DNA from: an uncultured candidate division Zixibacteria bacterium
GTDB lineage: Bacteria > Zixibacteria > MSB-5A5 > GN15 > FEB-12
Length of the DNA: 64,000 nt
Reading direction: 5' to 3'
Assembly: GCA_963806185.1 (NCBI GenBank)
Contig: CAWDXE010000004.1
Location: 224,001 to 288,000, forward strand
The translations under genes were made by a program, and so were the position numbers. Positions 19,819 to 28,678 of the stretch are shown here, one piece after another. The notes under the pieces are model-generated. The model made no database searches, was not told where the DNA came from, and saw only the letters and a program-made list of their open reading frames with translations. The stretch's first letter is position 1. Each line of letters opens with the position of its first letter.

Positions 19819-21225
19819 ATGTCATCCGACCGTCAACCGGCGGAACCGTACCGCATCAAATCAGTCGAGTCCATTCGACTCCTTTCGCGCCCCGAACGCG
19901 AGCTCAAGCTCAAGGCCGCCAAGTACAATCTGTTCAAGGTCGATGCTGCCGACATCTATGTTGATCTTCTCACCGACTCCGGCACCGGGGCTATGTCTGA
20001 CCGCCAGTGGGCGGCTATTATGATGGGCGATGAATCGTATGCCCGCGCCCGCTCCTTCTATCGTTTTGAGCGCACCATTCAGGATATCTTTCGCAAGAAG
20101 AAAATCATTCCCTGTCACCAGGGACGCGTGGCCGAGAATCTGATTTTCAGCACGATTCTCAAGAAGGGGCAGTACGTCGTCAACAACACCCACTTCGATA
20201 CTACGAGAGGCAATACCCTGCACAAGGGCGGCATTCCGATCGACTTGCCGTGTCGTGAGTCCCTATCCATGGATCCTCACCCTTTCAAGGGGAATATGGA
20301 TACGGCTGCGCTTGAGGATTTCATTCGTGAGAAGGGTGTCGAGAAAATCGCGATGGTCATCCTCACCATCACGAACAATTCTTGCGGCGGCCAACCTGTT
20401 TCGCTGGCCAATATCCGCGAAGTCTCCGAAATCTGCCACCGCTATGGCCTCCGCTTTTATTTTGACGCCGCCCGGTTCGCTGAGAATGCCTGGTTCATCA
20501 AGAAACGCGAGCCCGGCTTCGAAAATCAGTCCGTCCGCCAGATCGCGCAGCAAATGTTTGAGCTATGCGACGGGGTCATGATGTCAGCCAAGAAAGACGG
20601 CCTGGCCAACATGGGCGGTTTCATTGCCCTAAACGACGAGGACCTCTACGACCAGATAGCCGAACTGATGATTCTGATTGAAGGCTTTCCGACCTACGGC
20701 GGCCTGGCCGGACGCGACCTCGAGGCTGTCGCCGCCGGACTCGAAGAGGTACTGGAGTCCGACTACCTCGAATTCCGCGTGGATCAGGTGGCGTATCTGG
20801 GGAAGAGAATTGTCGAGGCCGGCATGCCGATTATCCAGCCGACCGGCGGTCATGCCGTATTTGTTGACGCGGGACGCTTGCTGCCGCACATCCCGGCATG
20901 GCAGTTCCCGGGCCAGTCGCTGTCGTGCGAGTTCTATGTCGAAGGCGGCGTGCGAACGGTGGAAATCGGCTCACTCATGTTTGGCGGAGTGGATGAGGAG
21001 ACGGGTAAGAAATTTACTGCCCGTCAGGAGCTGGTGCGCATGGCGATTCCTCGACGAGTGTTCACCAACTCGCACATGGACTATATCGCCGAAGTGGCCG
21101 AGCGAATCGTCCGGCGCAAGGATAAGATCCGCGGCATGAATATTGTCCGGGAATCGATGTACTTGCGGCATTTCACTTGTGATCTGGAAATAGCCAATGA
21201 ACAAACAACTTCGGCGAAGAAGTAG
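19819..21225 (+). CDS. tnaA: Tryptophanase (beta-eliminating lyase)
   Basis: DLLTDSGT, HQGR, HFDTTR, PLP Lys in MSAKKD, EGFPTYGGL. C-terminal LRHFT is tryptophanase-type, not tyrosine phenol-lyase LRFFT. AGGAGG SD. Confidence 0.8.
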   Translation: MSSDRQPAEPYRIKSVESIRLLSRPERELKLKAAKYNLFKVDAADIYVDLLTDSGTGAMSDRQWAAIMMGDESYARARSFYRFERTIQDIFRKKKIIPCHQGRVAENLIFSTILKKGQYVVNNTHFDTTRGNTLHKGGIPIDLPCRESLSMDPHPFKGNMDTAALEDFIREKGVEKIAMVILTITNNSCGGQPVSLANIREVSEICHRYGLRFYFDAARFAENAWFIKKREPGFENQSVRQIAQQMFELCDGVMMSAKKDGLANMGGFIALNDEDLYDQIAELMILIEGFPTYGGLAGRDLEAVAAGLEEVLESDYLEFRVDQVAYLGKRIVEAGMPIIQPTGGHAVFVDAGRLLPHIPAWQFPGQSLSCEFYVEGGVRTVEIGSLMFGGVDEETGKKFTARQELVRMAIPRRVFTNSHMDYIAEVAERIVRRKDKIRGMNIVRESMYLRHFTCDLEIANEQTTSAKK

Positions 21226-21238
21226 CGTGGGGGTACGG

Positions 21239-21826
21239 ATGAATCGTGCGATTCCTTTCGTGCTGGCTGTCGCGCTCCTGGGGGCAGGATTAGGCTGCGG
21301 CGTGCGCATCCAAACCGGCCCGGCTTCGGAAGAACAACAGACCGAGCGTGCCGAGGTAACCGGCAAGGATCAGCGTATTTCATGGAAGAATCGGTTTGAC
21401 GGCGCGTCGCAAAGACAACGAGTGGTTTACCTGAAATTCTTTATTGATTCCACCTCCGCGAATTATTTCCAGTATGGGATGAATATTGCCGACGAATGGC
21501 GGAAGGGGGAAGAGGGGCGCAAGGCCGAAATATCGGCCGATGAAATGCGGCAGACGATCGACAATTCGATCGCGAACCAGCGACCCGTATTGGAAGCGAA
21601 CGACGATGTCGTCGACTATGCGATGGGAAGAATCAAGGAAGACGCCTTCTTCGATCGTGCTACGATGGACATCATCAGTCAATTGCGCGATGGGTATTTC
21701 AGCATGTATGACGTTGTCTTTTTGCCCAACGGAACTCGCGAGGAATACCTCGACCGCCTTTACGCCGAACAGTCGCGCCTCCAGAACCTGAGCAAAGAGC
21801 TCGAAGACGATTTGGGCAGGTACTGA
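21239..21826 (+). CDS. Hypothetical helical lipoprotein
   Basis: Signal MNRAIPFVLAVALLGAGLG-C (lipobox). Confidence 0.7.
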   Translation: MNRAIPFVLAVALLGAGLGCGVRIQTGPASEEQQTERAEVTGKDQRISWKNRFDGASQRQRVVYLKFFIDSTSANYFQYGMNIADEWRKGEEGRKAEISADEMRQTIDNSIANQRPVLEANDDVVDYAMGRIKEDAFFDRATMDIISQLRDGYFSMYDVVFLPNGTREEYLDRLYAEQSRLQNLSKELEDDLGRY

Positions 21827-22006
21827 TGGGCGAAATGCACTGAGGTGCATATAATAGCTGGGAGAGGGAGAGATAATCGGGAGTGTTAACGTCCTGATTG
21901 TAGTGGTTAAGTCGTTGCCGGGTAACGCACAATTTGTACATTGGCCCCCGTGGGCGCCTCTTGGCCCTGAAATTGCGTCCATCCCTCACAAATCCCCCTG
22001 AGCCAA

Positions 22007-22035
22007 TTGACTTTGGGCGGACAAAAGCGTATACT
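22007..22035 (+). promoter_or_regulatory. Sigma70 promoter of the porU-porV cluster
   Basis: TTGACT-N17-TATACT, near consensus. Confidence 0.75.
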
Positions 22036-22118
22036 TTCGACGGCTAAAACTAAGAAGGGAGAGCAGCTTATCGGTTCTAGGTTAACGACTTGAATTAACT
22101 AACCCAAGGTGTACGGCG

Positions 22119-22718
22119 TTGAATTTGCGCCCGCTAACCGAGACCGAAAGTTGTCGACTGCCGAAGTCAAAGAGCTTCTCTTTGGCTGCTATGGCCCTTT
22201 CTTTGTTTGGGCCGTTTTTCGTTTTGCCCCTTCTCACTGTTTCTGTAATTGGCGCTACAAACGACCTGGCGGTCCTCACCTCCAATTCAACCAGCTTTGC
22301 ATTCACCGTCTCCGTTCCCGGCGATCTCTCCAATTTACAGCGACTTACCGGTGCCGATTCATCCATCACTTTCACCAAGACGGTGCTCGTTGGAATTCCG
22401 ACCGGTGGCTCCGCGAGAGTCGTTCGGTCCGAAGGGTACGACGCGGTTCCCGTGACTGACTTGACTGACCACCTTGCCCCCACCGCACAACTTGTTCAAC
22501 TGGCAGCGCCCACCACGGTTCGCGGTCGCCAGTATGTGGCGGTTTCCATCAACCCGATCGTGGGATCGCAAGTGTATCGCCGCGTGGTAGTCGAACTCGC
22601 CTTCGCGGGCGGACTGAGCAGCGGCGCTGCCACCGACGATCCGGTCTTTGATCGCATCTTTAGCCGGTCGATCGCCAACTATGATCAATTTGCCAGATGG
22701 CCGTCGATGCCGCTTTGA
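22119..22718 (+). CDS. porU: N-terminal part of PorU-like sortase (signal peptide plus C25 propeptide-like region), ending at CTT-TGA-C
   Basis: AAGGTG SD 7 nt before TTG 22119; hydrophobic signal; propeptide-like VGIP, VRGRQYVAVSINP, IANYDQFARW; continues in the +1 frame. Confidence 0.7.
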   Translation: MNLRPLTETESCRLPKSKSFSLAAMALSLFGPFFVLPLLTVSVIGATNDLAVLTSNSTSFAFTVSVPGDLSNLQRLTGADSSITFTKTVLVGIPTGGSARVVRSEGYDAVPVTDLTDHLAPTAQLVQLAAPTTVRGRQYVAVSINPIVGSQVYRRVVVELAFAGGLSSGAATDDPVFDRIFSRSIANYDQFARWPSMPL

Positions 22719-25700
22719 CATCCCGCCGACCACATCGTTGGCGGAAATATCCGATCCGTTTGCGTCCGGCAACCCCTGGTGGAAAATGTCTGTCCGGCAA
22801 ACCGGACTCTACCGCCTTACCGGATCACAACTGCAGACCGCCGGCATTCCGCTTGGGACATCGTCGGCTGCCATTCGGATATTCAATGGCGGCGGCCTCA
22901 TGAACGAGCCGGACAACTATCGCCCCCGCCCCGAATTCAAAGAAATCGCTCTGAACATCTCCGACGGTGGTGACGGTGCGATTGACGCCGCCGATTATGT
23001 GGAATTCTACGGTGAAAGCGTCGATCGGTGGGTCTTCCCTGAGCATGCCGAACCGTATTACGCCGACAACGTGTATACGACCGACAACGTCTACTGGCTT
23101 ACCATTACCGACGATTTCGGTAATCCGCCGACCCGCATGGCCGTGACGACCGTAACTTCCGGCGGCGCGGTGGACACGACCATTTCGACCTATCGTCGAC
23201 TCCTTCATACCGAACAGGATCATCTCATTTCCGAGGATTTTGACGCATTCGTTCGCGACTACTTCGAATGGTTCTGGACCGACCAGACATCGTTTTCATT
23301 AAACGTTTCGACGCCGAATCTGGTGATCGGCGATTCCACGTGGATCAACGTGGCGGCCAACACGGCGGGCATCGGTTCGACCATCGGCTTCACCAACTTG
23401 CTGGTCAACAACCAATCGGCAGTGGGTAAGTCGTGCACGCGCACCGGCTGCACGTACTTCGCCAACAATTTCGCGATTGGCAGTAACCTGCTCGCAATGA
23501 CCATGACGCCGTTAAATACCGCCGAGGGCGTTCCACCGTACCTCAACTACGTCGAGGTCGGATATCTCAGCCGCCTGGCGCCGGTGGGTAATGAGCTCGA
23601 CTTCGCACTCGACAGCATGCTGCGCATGGCGTCAATTCAGATCACCAATTCGTTCGGCCAGACTCCCGTGATCCTCGATCTGGCCGACACGCGTCGCCCT
23701 ACCCTGGTGACCGGCTGGACCAGTCAGAGCGGCCAGCTTTCATTCGACTGGAACCTGAGCAGCCACCCGGTGAATCGATTTTACGCGGTTTCCAGTCGCC
23801 TTTCCGTGGCCAATGCAGATTTTAAAAGAGTCATCCCCACCGACCTTCGCGCTGCCGCCGGTCAGACCGACCTGATTATTGTCACCCAGCCGCAGTTCAC
23901 CTCGGCTTTAAATAGTTATGTCGCCTACCGCCAGCAAGGCGGCTATACAATCCGTATGGCACTGGTGGGCGATATCATGGATAATTTCTCGTACGGTCTG
24001 TACGATCCGACGGCGATTCGCGACTTCCTCAAATTCACCTACGAACAGTATCCGTCGCCGGCGCCGTCAGGCGTGCTGTTTGTCGGCGACGGCAATTACG
24101 ACTTTCAGAATATCCTTGGGCAGGGCCAGACCAATTATGTGCCGCCGTATATCCGAACCGCCGACGAAACCTCCAGCGACGACAATTACGTGTATTTCGG
24201 TGAATTCGGCATTCTGGACGGCGACACCAGCTATGCCGGTGATCGCGGCTATGACATGATGACGGCACGCTGGCCGGTCAAATCGACCGCGGAGATACAG
24301 ACGATTATTGGCAAGATCAGATCGTACGAGTCGGCATCGACCCTGGGAAGCTGGCGCAATCGAATCGTTCTCGTGGCCGATGACGAGTATCGTGGCTCGT
24401 ATGCCGGTGAGAGTTTCCACACAACGCAGACGGAATTTCTCGAGAAAAACTATATCCCCAAGCATTTCGTACGCAATAAAATCTACGCCTGGGACTACCC
24501 CTTTGTGAATCGCGAGAAGCCGGCGGTCAACGACGCCATCGTGAATGCCGTCAATAACGGCGCGCTCATCGTAAACTATGTCGGGCACGGCAATCCCGAA
24601 CTCTGGGCGCACGAATCGATCTTCCGCCGTTCGTCCGATCTGCCCCGACTCCACAATGCCGATCGACTGCCGTTGTTTTTCGCCGCGTCGTGCGATATCA
24701 GCTTGTTCGACGATCCGGAACGTCAGTCCATGGGCGAAGACCTCTTTCTCGCCTCAAACGATGGCGCCATCGGTGTGGTCTCAGCCAATCGCATAGTGTA
24801 TTCGCAGGACAATGCCGATTTCAATCGGGAAGTCTTCGGCGTGCTATTGGACAACACCGACCTGACTATGTGCGAAGCGATTTACGCCGCCAAGCTGCAG
24901 CGTCAATATCCCGGACCGATTCGACAGACCAACGACCAGAAGTTCGTATTCTTTGGTGACCCCCTGCTCAAACTGGCGCAGCCGCAGCTCCGTGCGGAAT
25001 TTACCCAACGGCCCGACACTCTCGTCGGTCTGGCGCCGGTACACGTGTCAGGACAGATTGTCGACGGTGATGGAAATCCGGTCCCGGTTGACGGCCAGTT
25101 ACAGATACTCGCTTTCGACAGCGATCGAAACAAGACGCACACCCTGTACAGCACCACGCCGCCACTTACGATTCCCTACAAGATGACCGGCCCGCAGATC
25201 TTCCGCGGCCCGGCTAACGTCGTCAGTGGATTGTTCGACTTCAGCTTCGTCACGCCTCTCGACATCACTTATGGCGGCAACGACGCTCAAATCGTGATCT
25301 ATGCCATCCTCGACTCGACTGACGCGGTCGGGCTGATTGACACCATTCAGGTCGCCACGACTATCTCGACGGCGGTTGACTCAGTCGCTCCGGCCATCAG
25401 TTTCTACCGATCGGACAGTCCGACCCCGATTACCTCCGGGTCAGTCACTGTCGGGGATACCATTCGAATCGCAATTTCGGACCTTTCCGGAATCAATTTG
25501 ACCGGCTCCCTGGGGCACGGCATCTCGGCTGAGATTGACGGGGAACTGGATATGAACGCCAATTTGACCGATAACTTTGAATATACGGTCGGGGACTTTT
25601 CGACCGGCGAAGTTCAATATTCGCTGGCCGGGCTGACGGCCGGGCGGCATGAAATCAAGATTAAGGCGTGGGATAATGCCAACAACTCGTCGTCGTCGGT

Positions 25701-26046
25701 TTTTTCCGCCAATATCACCGACCAGACAGCCGGGTCGCTGGCCAATGTGCTGAATTATCCCAATCCTATGATGGAGCAGACTACGTTCTATTTCGACCTC
25801 AACGCGCCGGTGCAGCGATTTACCCTCGACATTTTTACCCTCGCCGGGCGCAAGATTCGCAGTTTCAGCGGTGCCGACCTGCCCGCAGCGAGCTATCCCA
25901 ACGCCTCCTTCAGGGCGGAGTGGGACGGTACCGACCTCGCCGGCGACCGGGTCGCCAGTGGCGTCTATATCTATCGAGCGGTCGCCGAGCCTCAGGCTGG
26001 GGGCGAACCGGTCGAGTCCTTTGGAAAAGTTGTTGTTATTAACTAA
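22717..26046 (+). CDS. porU: C-terminal part of PorU-like T9SS sortase (peptidase C25 plus FlgD-Ig/CTD), +1 frame relative to 22119..22718
   Basis: WWKMSVRQTGLYRL, DPTAIRDF, LFVGDGNYD, catalytic YVGHG and AASCD, FFGDPLL, IKAWDNANNSS, LNYPNP...GVYIYR. No signal peptide of its own. Confidence 0.85.
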   Translation, partial: DIPPTTSLAEISDPFASGNPWWKMSVRQTGLYRLTGSQLQTAGIPLGTSSAAIRIFNGGGLMNEPDNYRPRPEFKEIALNISDGGDGAIDAADYVEFYGESVDRWVFPEHAEPYYADNVYTTDNVYWLTITDDFGNPPTRMAVTTVTSGGAVDTTISTYRRLLHTEQDHLISEDFDAFVRDYFEWFWTDQTSFSLNVSTPNLVIGDSTWINVAANTAGIGSTIGFTNLLVNNQSAVGKSCTRTGCTYFANNFAIGSNLLAMTMTPLNTAEGVPPYLNYVEVGYLSRLAPVGNELDFALDSMLRMASIQITNSFGQTPVILDLADTRRPTLVTGWTSQSGQLSFDWNLSSHPVNRFYAVSSRLSVANADFKRVIPTDLRAAAGQTDLIIVTQPQFTSALNSYVAYRQQGGYTIRMALVGDIMDNFSYGLYDPTAIRDFLKFTYEQYPSPAPSGVLFVGDGNYDFQNILGQGQTNYVPPYIRTADETSSDDNYVYFGEFGILDGDTSYAGDRGYDMMTARWPVKSTAEIQTIIGKIRSYESASTLGSWRNRIVLVADDEYRGSYAGESFHTTQTEFLEKNYIPKHFVRNKIYAWDYPFVNREKPAVNDAIVNAVNNGALIVNYVGHGNPELWAHESIFRRSSDLPRLHNADRLPLFFAASCDISLFDDPERQSMGEDLFLASNDGAIGVVSANRIVYSQDNADFNREVFGVLLDNTDLTMCEAIYAAKLQRQYPGPIRQTNDQKFVFFGDPLLKLAQPQLRAEFTQRPDTLVGLAPVHVSGQIVDGDGNPVPVDGQLQILAFDSDRNKTHTLYSTTPPLTIPYKMTGPQIFRGPANVVSGLFDFSFVTPLDITYGGNDAQIVIYAILDSTDAVGLIDTIQVATTISTAVDSVAPAISFYRSDSPTPITSGSVTVGDTIRIAISDLSGINLTGSLGHGISAEIDGELDMNANLTDNFEYTVGDFSTGEVQYSLAGLTAGRHEIKIKAWDNANNSSSSVFSANITDQTAGSLANVLNYPNPMMEQTTFYFDLNAPVQRFTLDIFTLAGRKIRSFSGADLPAASYPNASFRAEWDGTDLAGDRVASGVYIYRAVAEPQAGGEPVESFGKVVVIN

Positions 26047-26064
26047 TACTGGGAGACCGTTTTC

Positions 26065-28653
26065 ATGAAAGTACGCACGTTCCTGACGCTGGTTTTCACC
26101 CTCGGCATGGTGCTGACATTTTCCGTCAGCAGTTACGCCGATATCTCCAACGCCGCGATGCTATTCTTGCGGATCGCCGCAGGCGCCCGGCCCGCCGGCA
26201 TGGGTGAAGCTTTTGTGGCGGTGGCCGATGACGCCACGGCGACTCACTGGAATCCGGCTGGATTGGGTAATCCGCCGCTTTCCGATTCGTGGATCAACGT
26301 CCGCGTGCCGGATCAATATCGGCCCCTGACCGGAGTTGCCACCGTCAAGGCAGGCGGCGGTTCGACGTATCAGGCCTACGACCTGTGGGCTATTTCGCCC
26401 AAAGGCCTCGTGCGTTACGACAATCGTAATTGGAATGTCGATGAGGTCTTTGCTACCAAGACCGATCAGACGGCAGAGCGAATAGTCTCCTCTTACTGTG
26501 ACATCGCCGATCCGCAACAACTGGAGCGAGTCATGGACAGAGTAGCCCGAGCCAATAATGCCGACAGCTACGAAAACCTGGTTGCGTTTCGCGACTCGCT
26601 GTTGACCCATCTTCCGGACGGATACGATCGGAAGGATGAGATTCAGCTGAGCGCCGATTCTGTGCTCATTTACTACCGCCTCTGTCGCCTGAATTGGACG
26701 CCGCTGAAAGAAGCCATCAAGAATTATTCCGATGCTATCGCTTCGGGCAGCATGGGCAAGACCCAGGCTGATCGCATCTGGTCCCGTCTCGATCAGTCGC
26801 GGATGCGTTACCTACCCGAGGACCTGCACATACCGTATTCGGCCCTCGTGGAAGGAGTGCCGACTTCGATCGCTTCCGATGGCCAGCGTCTGGCCGTCGG
26901 CACGAGCAACGGCCTGTTGACCTACAATGGTCAGCGCTGGACAATTTATACCGAAACCAAGGGACTGCCCTCCAACAAGGTCACCAGCCTGCAGCTGGCC
27001 GGCTCAGTCATCGTCGTTGGCACGGATAAGGGGTTGGCAATCTATGACGGAGTTCGCACCGAACCGGTCGTCGATTCAACCAATTCACTTACCGGTGAAA
27101 TCGAAGCCGTGGGTGGCGCCGCTTCACCCAACCTGCTCGCCGTGTCAGGCGGAGATTTGTATCGCTATGACGGTCGGAAGTGGGTTAATACGATGAACTA
27201 CACCGTCGCCATCGGCGATACTCCGGAGAAGATTGCCGGACGGTTCATGGTCTATGGGACGCCTCAGGAAATGGCGGCCTATCTCGCAAAACTCGAGACC
27301 TCGTTGCGTTCCGCCGACAGTGCCGGCGCGGCGTTGACTCCCGGCGCGGTGATTCAGGTCCCGTTCCTGGCCCAGATCAAGGGACAGGCGACTTCCATTC
27401 AGACAACGCCCACGATGAGCCGTATCTGGATCGGCACCGATCAGGGCGTCCTGTTTTACACTGGCGAAGGCTGGACACTTCCCGGTTACAAACCGTATAC
27501 GGTCGGCCTCGGCCAGACTGTCGATTCGCTCGTCGCCCTACGCAAATTGGAGCCCGAAGAGGCGTCGGCGTATGCCGAAGCGCTCCGCACCGTCAATGAT
27601 CTCGACAACAACGTGATCGATTCGGGCCGAGTGGTCAAGGTATATGCGAACCGTGCTGCCGCTCCCGTGACGCGGCTGCAATTCGACGGCGGCCGCCTGT
27701 ATGTGGCGACGACCCGCGGATTGCTGGAATTTGAAAACGGTCAATGGTCGCAATCCGAGCGCGGCGATATGGGTACTTCTTCATCACTAGGGGCGGAAAC
27801 CCATCAGAGTGAAACCTGGCTCGCCAGTCAGAATCAACTCTCGATCAAGAGTCGCGGTCGTTCCGAGTTCACGTTCATGCACGTGAAATGGCTCCCGGAA
27901 CTGGCTGACGACATCTACTACGGTTTCTTCTCGTTCACCAAGTGCAAAGAAGGTCTCGGCACCTTTGGTGGCAGCGTGACCTACATTTCGTACGGCACGT
28001 TTATTCGCACCACGGAGAGCGGACCGGAAGCCGTCGACGAATTCAAGCCGTTCGAAATGGCCTTCAGTCTCTCGTATGGCACGGCGCTGACCAACAAGCT
28101 GAAGGGCGGCGTGTCGGCCAAAGTCATCTACTCCCGCCTGTCTCCCCAGGGTGCGGCGGCCGAGCAGGGCCATGGAACCGCTACAGCGTTCGCGCTTGAC
28201 TTCGGTCTCTTGTACAATTGGAATAAGCGCCTGACCTTCGGTCTGGCCACCACCAACCTCGGACCCAAGGTCGCGTATATTGACGCTGCACAGTCCGATC
28301 CGTTGCCGATGAATCTCGCCTTTGGCTTCTCGTACAAACTGAAGGAATCCGATCTCACCCGTCTATTGATCGCGTTCGAGGGTAACAAGGACATCGCCAG
28401 CGGCTTCAACAATGCCCTGTCTCAGGAAGTTAAGGAAGTCGTGTGGAACGGCGGCGCCGAATTTACGTATGCGAACTTGATTTCCGCCCGCGCAGGCTAT
28501 ATCTACGATCAGGAAGGCGACATCAAGACGGCAACCGTCGGTATCGGCCTTCAGCCGATTTCCTGGGCCAAGGCCGATTTCTCGTACATTCCGAACAACG
28601 GAAATGTGACGTTGGCCAATACGCTGAGGTTCTCCTTGACGGTTCTGCCGTAA
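26065..28653 (+). CDS. porV: PorV-family protein with ~530-aa beta-propeller/LysM insertion
   Basis: N-terminal FLRIAAGARPAGMGEAFVAVADDATATHWNPAGL; barrel resumes at about residue 600 (HVKWLPELADDIYY...GVSAKVIYS...NLGPKV...PLPMNL...RAGYIY); GGGAG SD. Confidence 0.8.
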   Translation: MKVRTFLTLVFTLGMVLTFSVSSYADISNAAMLFLRIAAGARPAGMGEAFVAVADDATATHWNPAGLGNPPLSDSWINVRVPDQYRPLTGVATVKAGGGSTYQAYDLWAISPKGLVRYDNRNWNVDEVFATKTDQTAERIVSSYCDIADPQQLERVMDRVARANNADSYENLVAFRDSLLTHLPDGYDRKDEIQLSADSVLIYYRLCRLNWTPLKEAIKNYSDAIASGSMGKTQADRIWSRLDQSRMRYLPEDLHIPYSALVEGVPTSIASDGQRLAVGTSNGLLTYNGQRWTIYTETKGLPSNKVTSLQLAGSVIVVGTDKGLAIYDGVRTEPVVDSTNSLTGEIEAVGGAASPNLLAVSGGDLYRYDGRKWVNTMNYTVAIGDTPEKIAGRFMVYGTPQEMAAYLAKLETSLRSADSAGAALTPGAVIQVPFLAQIKGQATSIQTTPTMSRIWIGTDQGVLFYTGEGWTLPGYKPYTVGLGQTVDSLVALRKLEPEEASAYAEALRTVNDLDNNVIDSGRVVKVYANRAAAPVTRLQFDGGRLYVATTRGLLEFENGQWSQSERGDMGTSSSLGAETHQSETWLASQNQLSIKSRGRSEFTFMHVKWLPELADDIYYGFFSFTKCKEGLGTFGGSVTYISYGTFIRTTESGPEAVDEFKPFEMAFSLSYGTALTNKLKGGVSAKVIYSRLSPQGAAAEQGHGTATAFALDFGLLYNWNKRLTFGLATTNLGPKVAYIDAAQSDPLPMNLAFGFSYKLKESDLTRLLIAFEGNKDIASGFNNALSQEVKEVVWNGGAEFTYANLISARAGYIYDQEGDIKTATVGIGLQPISWAKADFSYIPNNGNVTLANTLRFSLTVLP

Positions 28654-28678
28654 ACTGACATAGACGAGGTACAGCTTC

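Noticed and set aside
19819..21225. Tyrosine phenol-lyase assignment
   Set aside because: MSAKKD and LRHFT fit tryptophanase better than TPL (MSGKKD, LRFFT), though specificity is untested.
22716..22973. Selenocysteine or stop read-through of the porU ORF1 TGA
   Set aside because: In-frame continuation has no PorU similarity and stops at 22973; the conserved sequence is in the +1 frame.
22648..26046. Independent start of PorU at 22648 or 22681
   Set aside because: No SD and no signal peptide, and it overlaps the conserved-looking NYDQFARW segment of ORF1; an exported sortase needs the ORF1 N-terminus.
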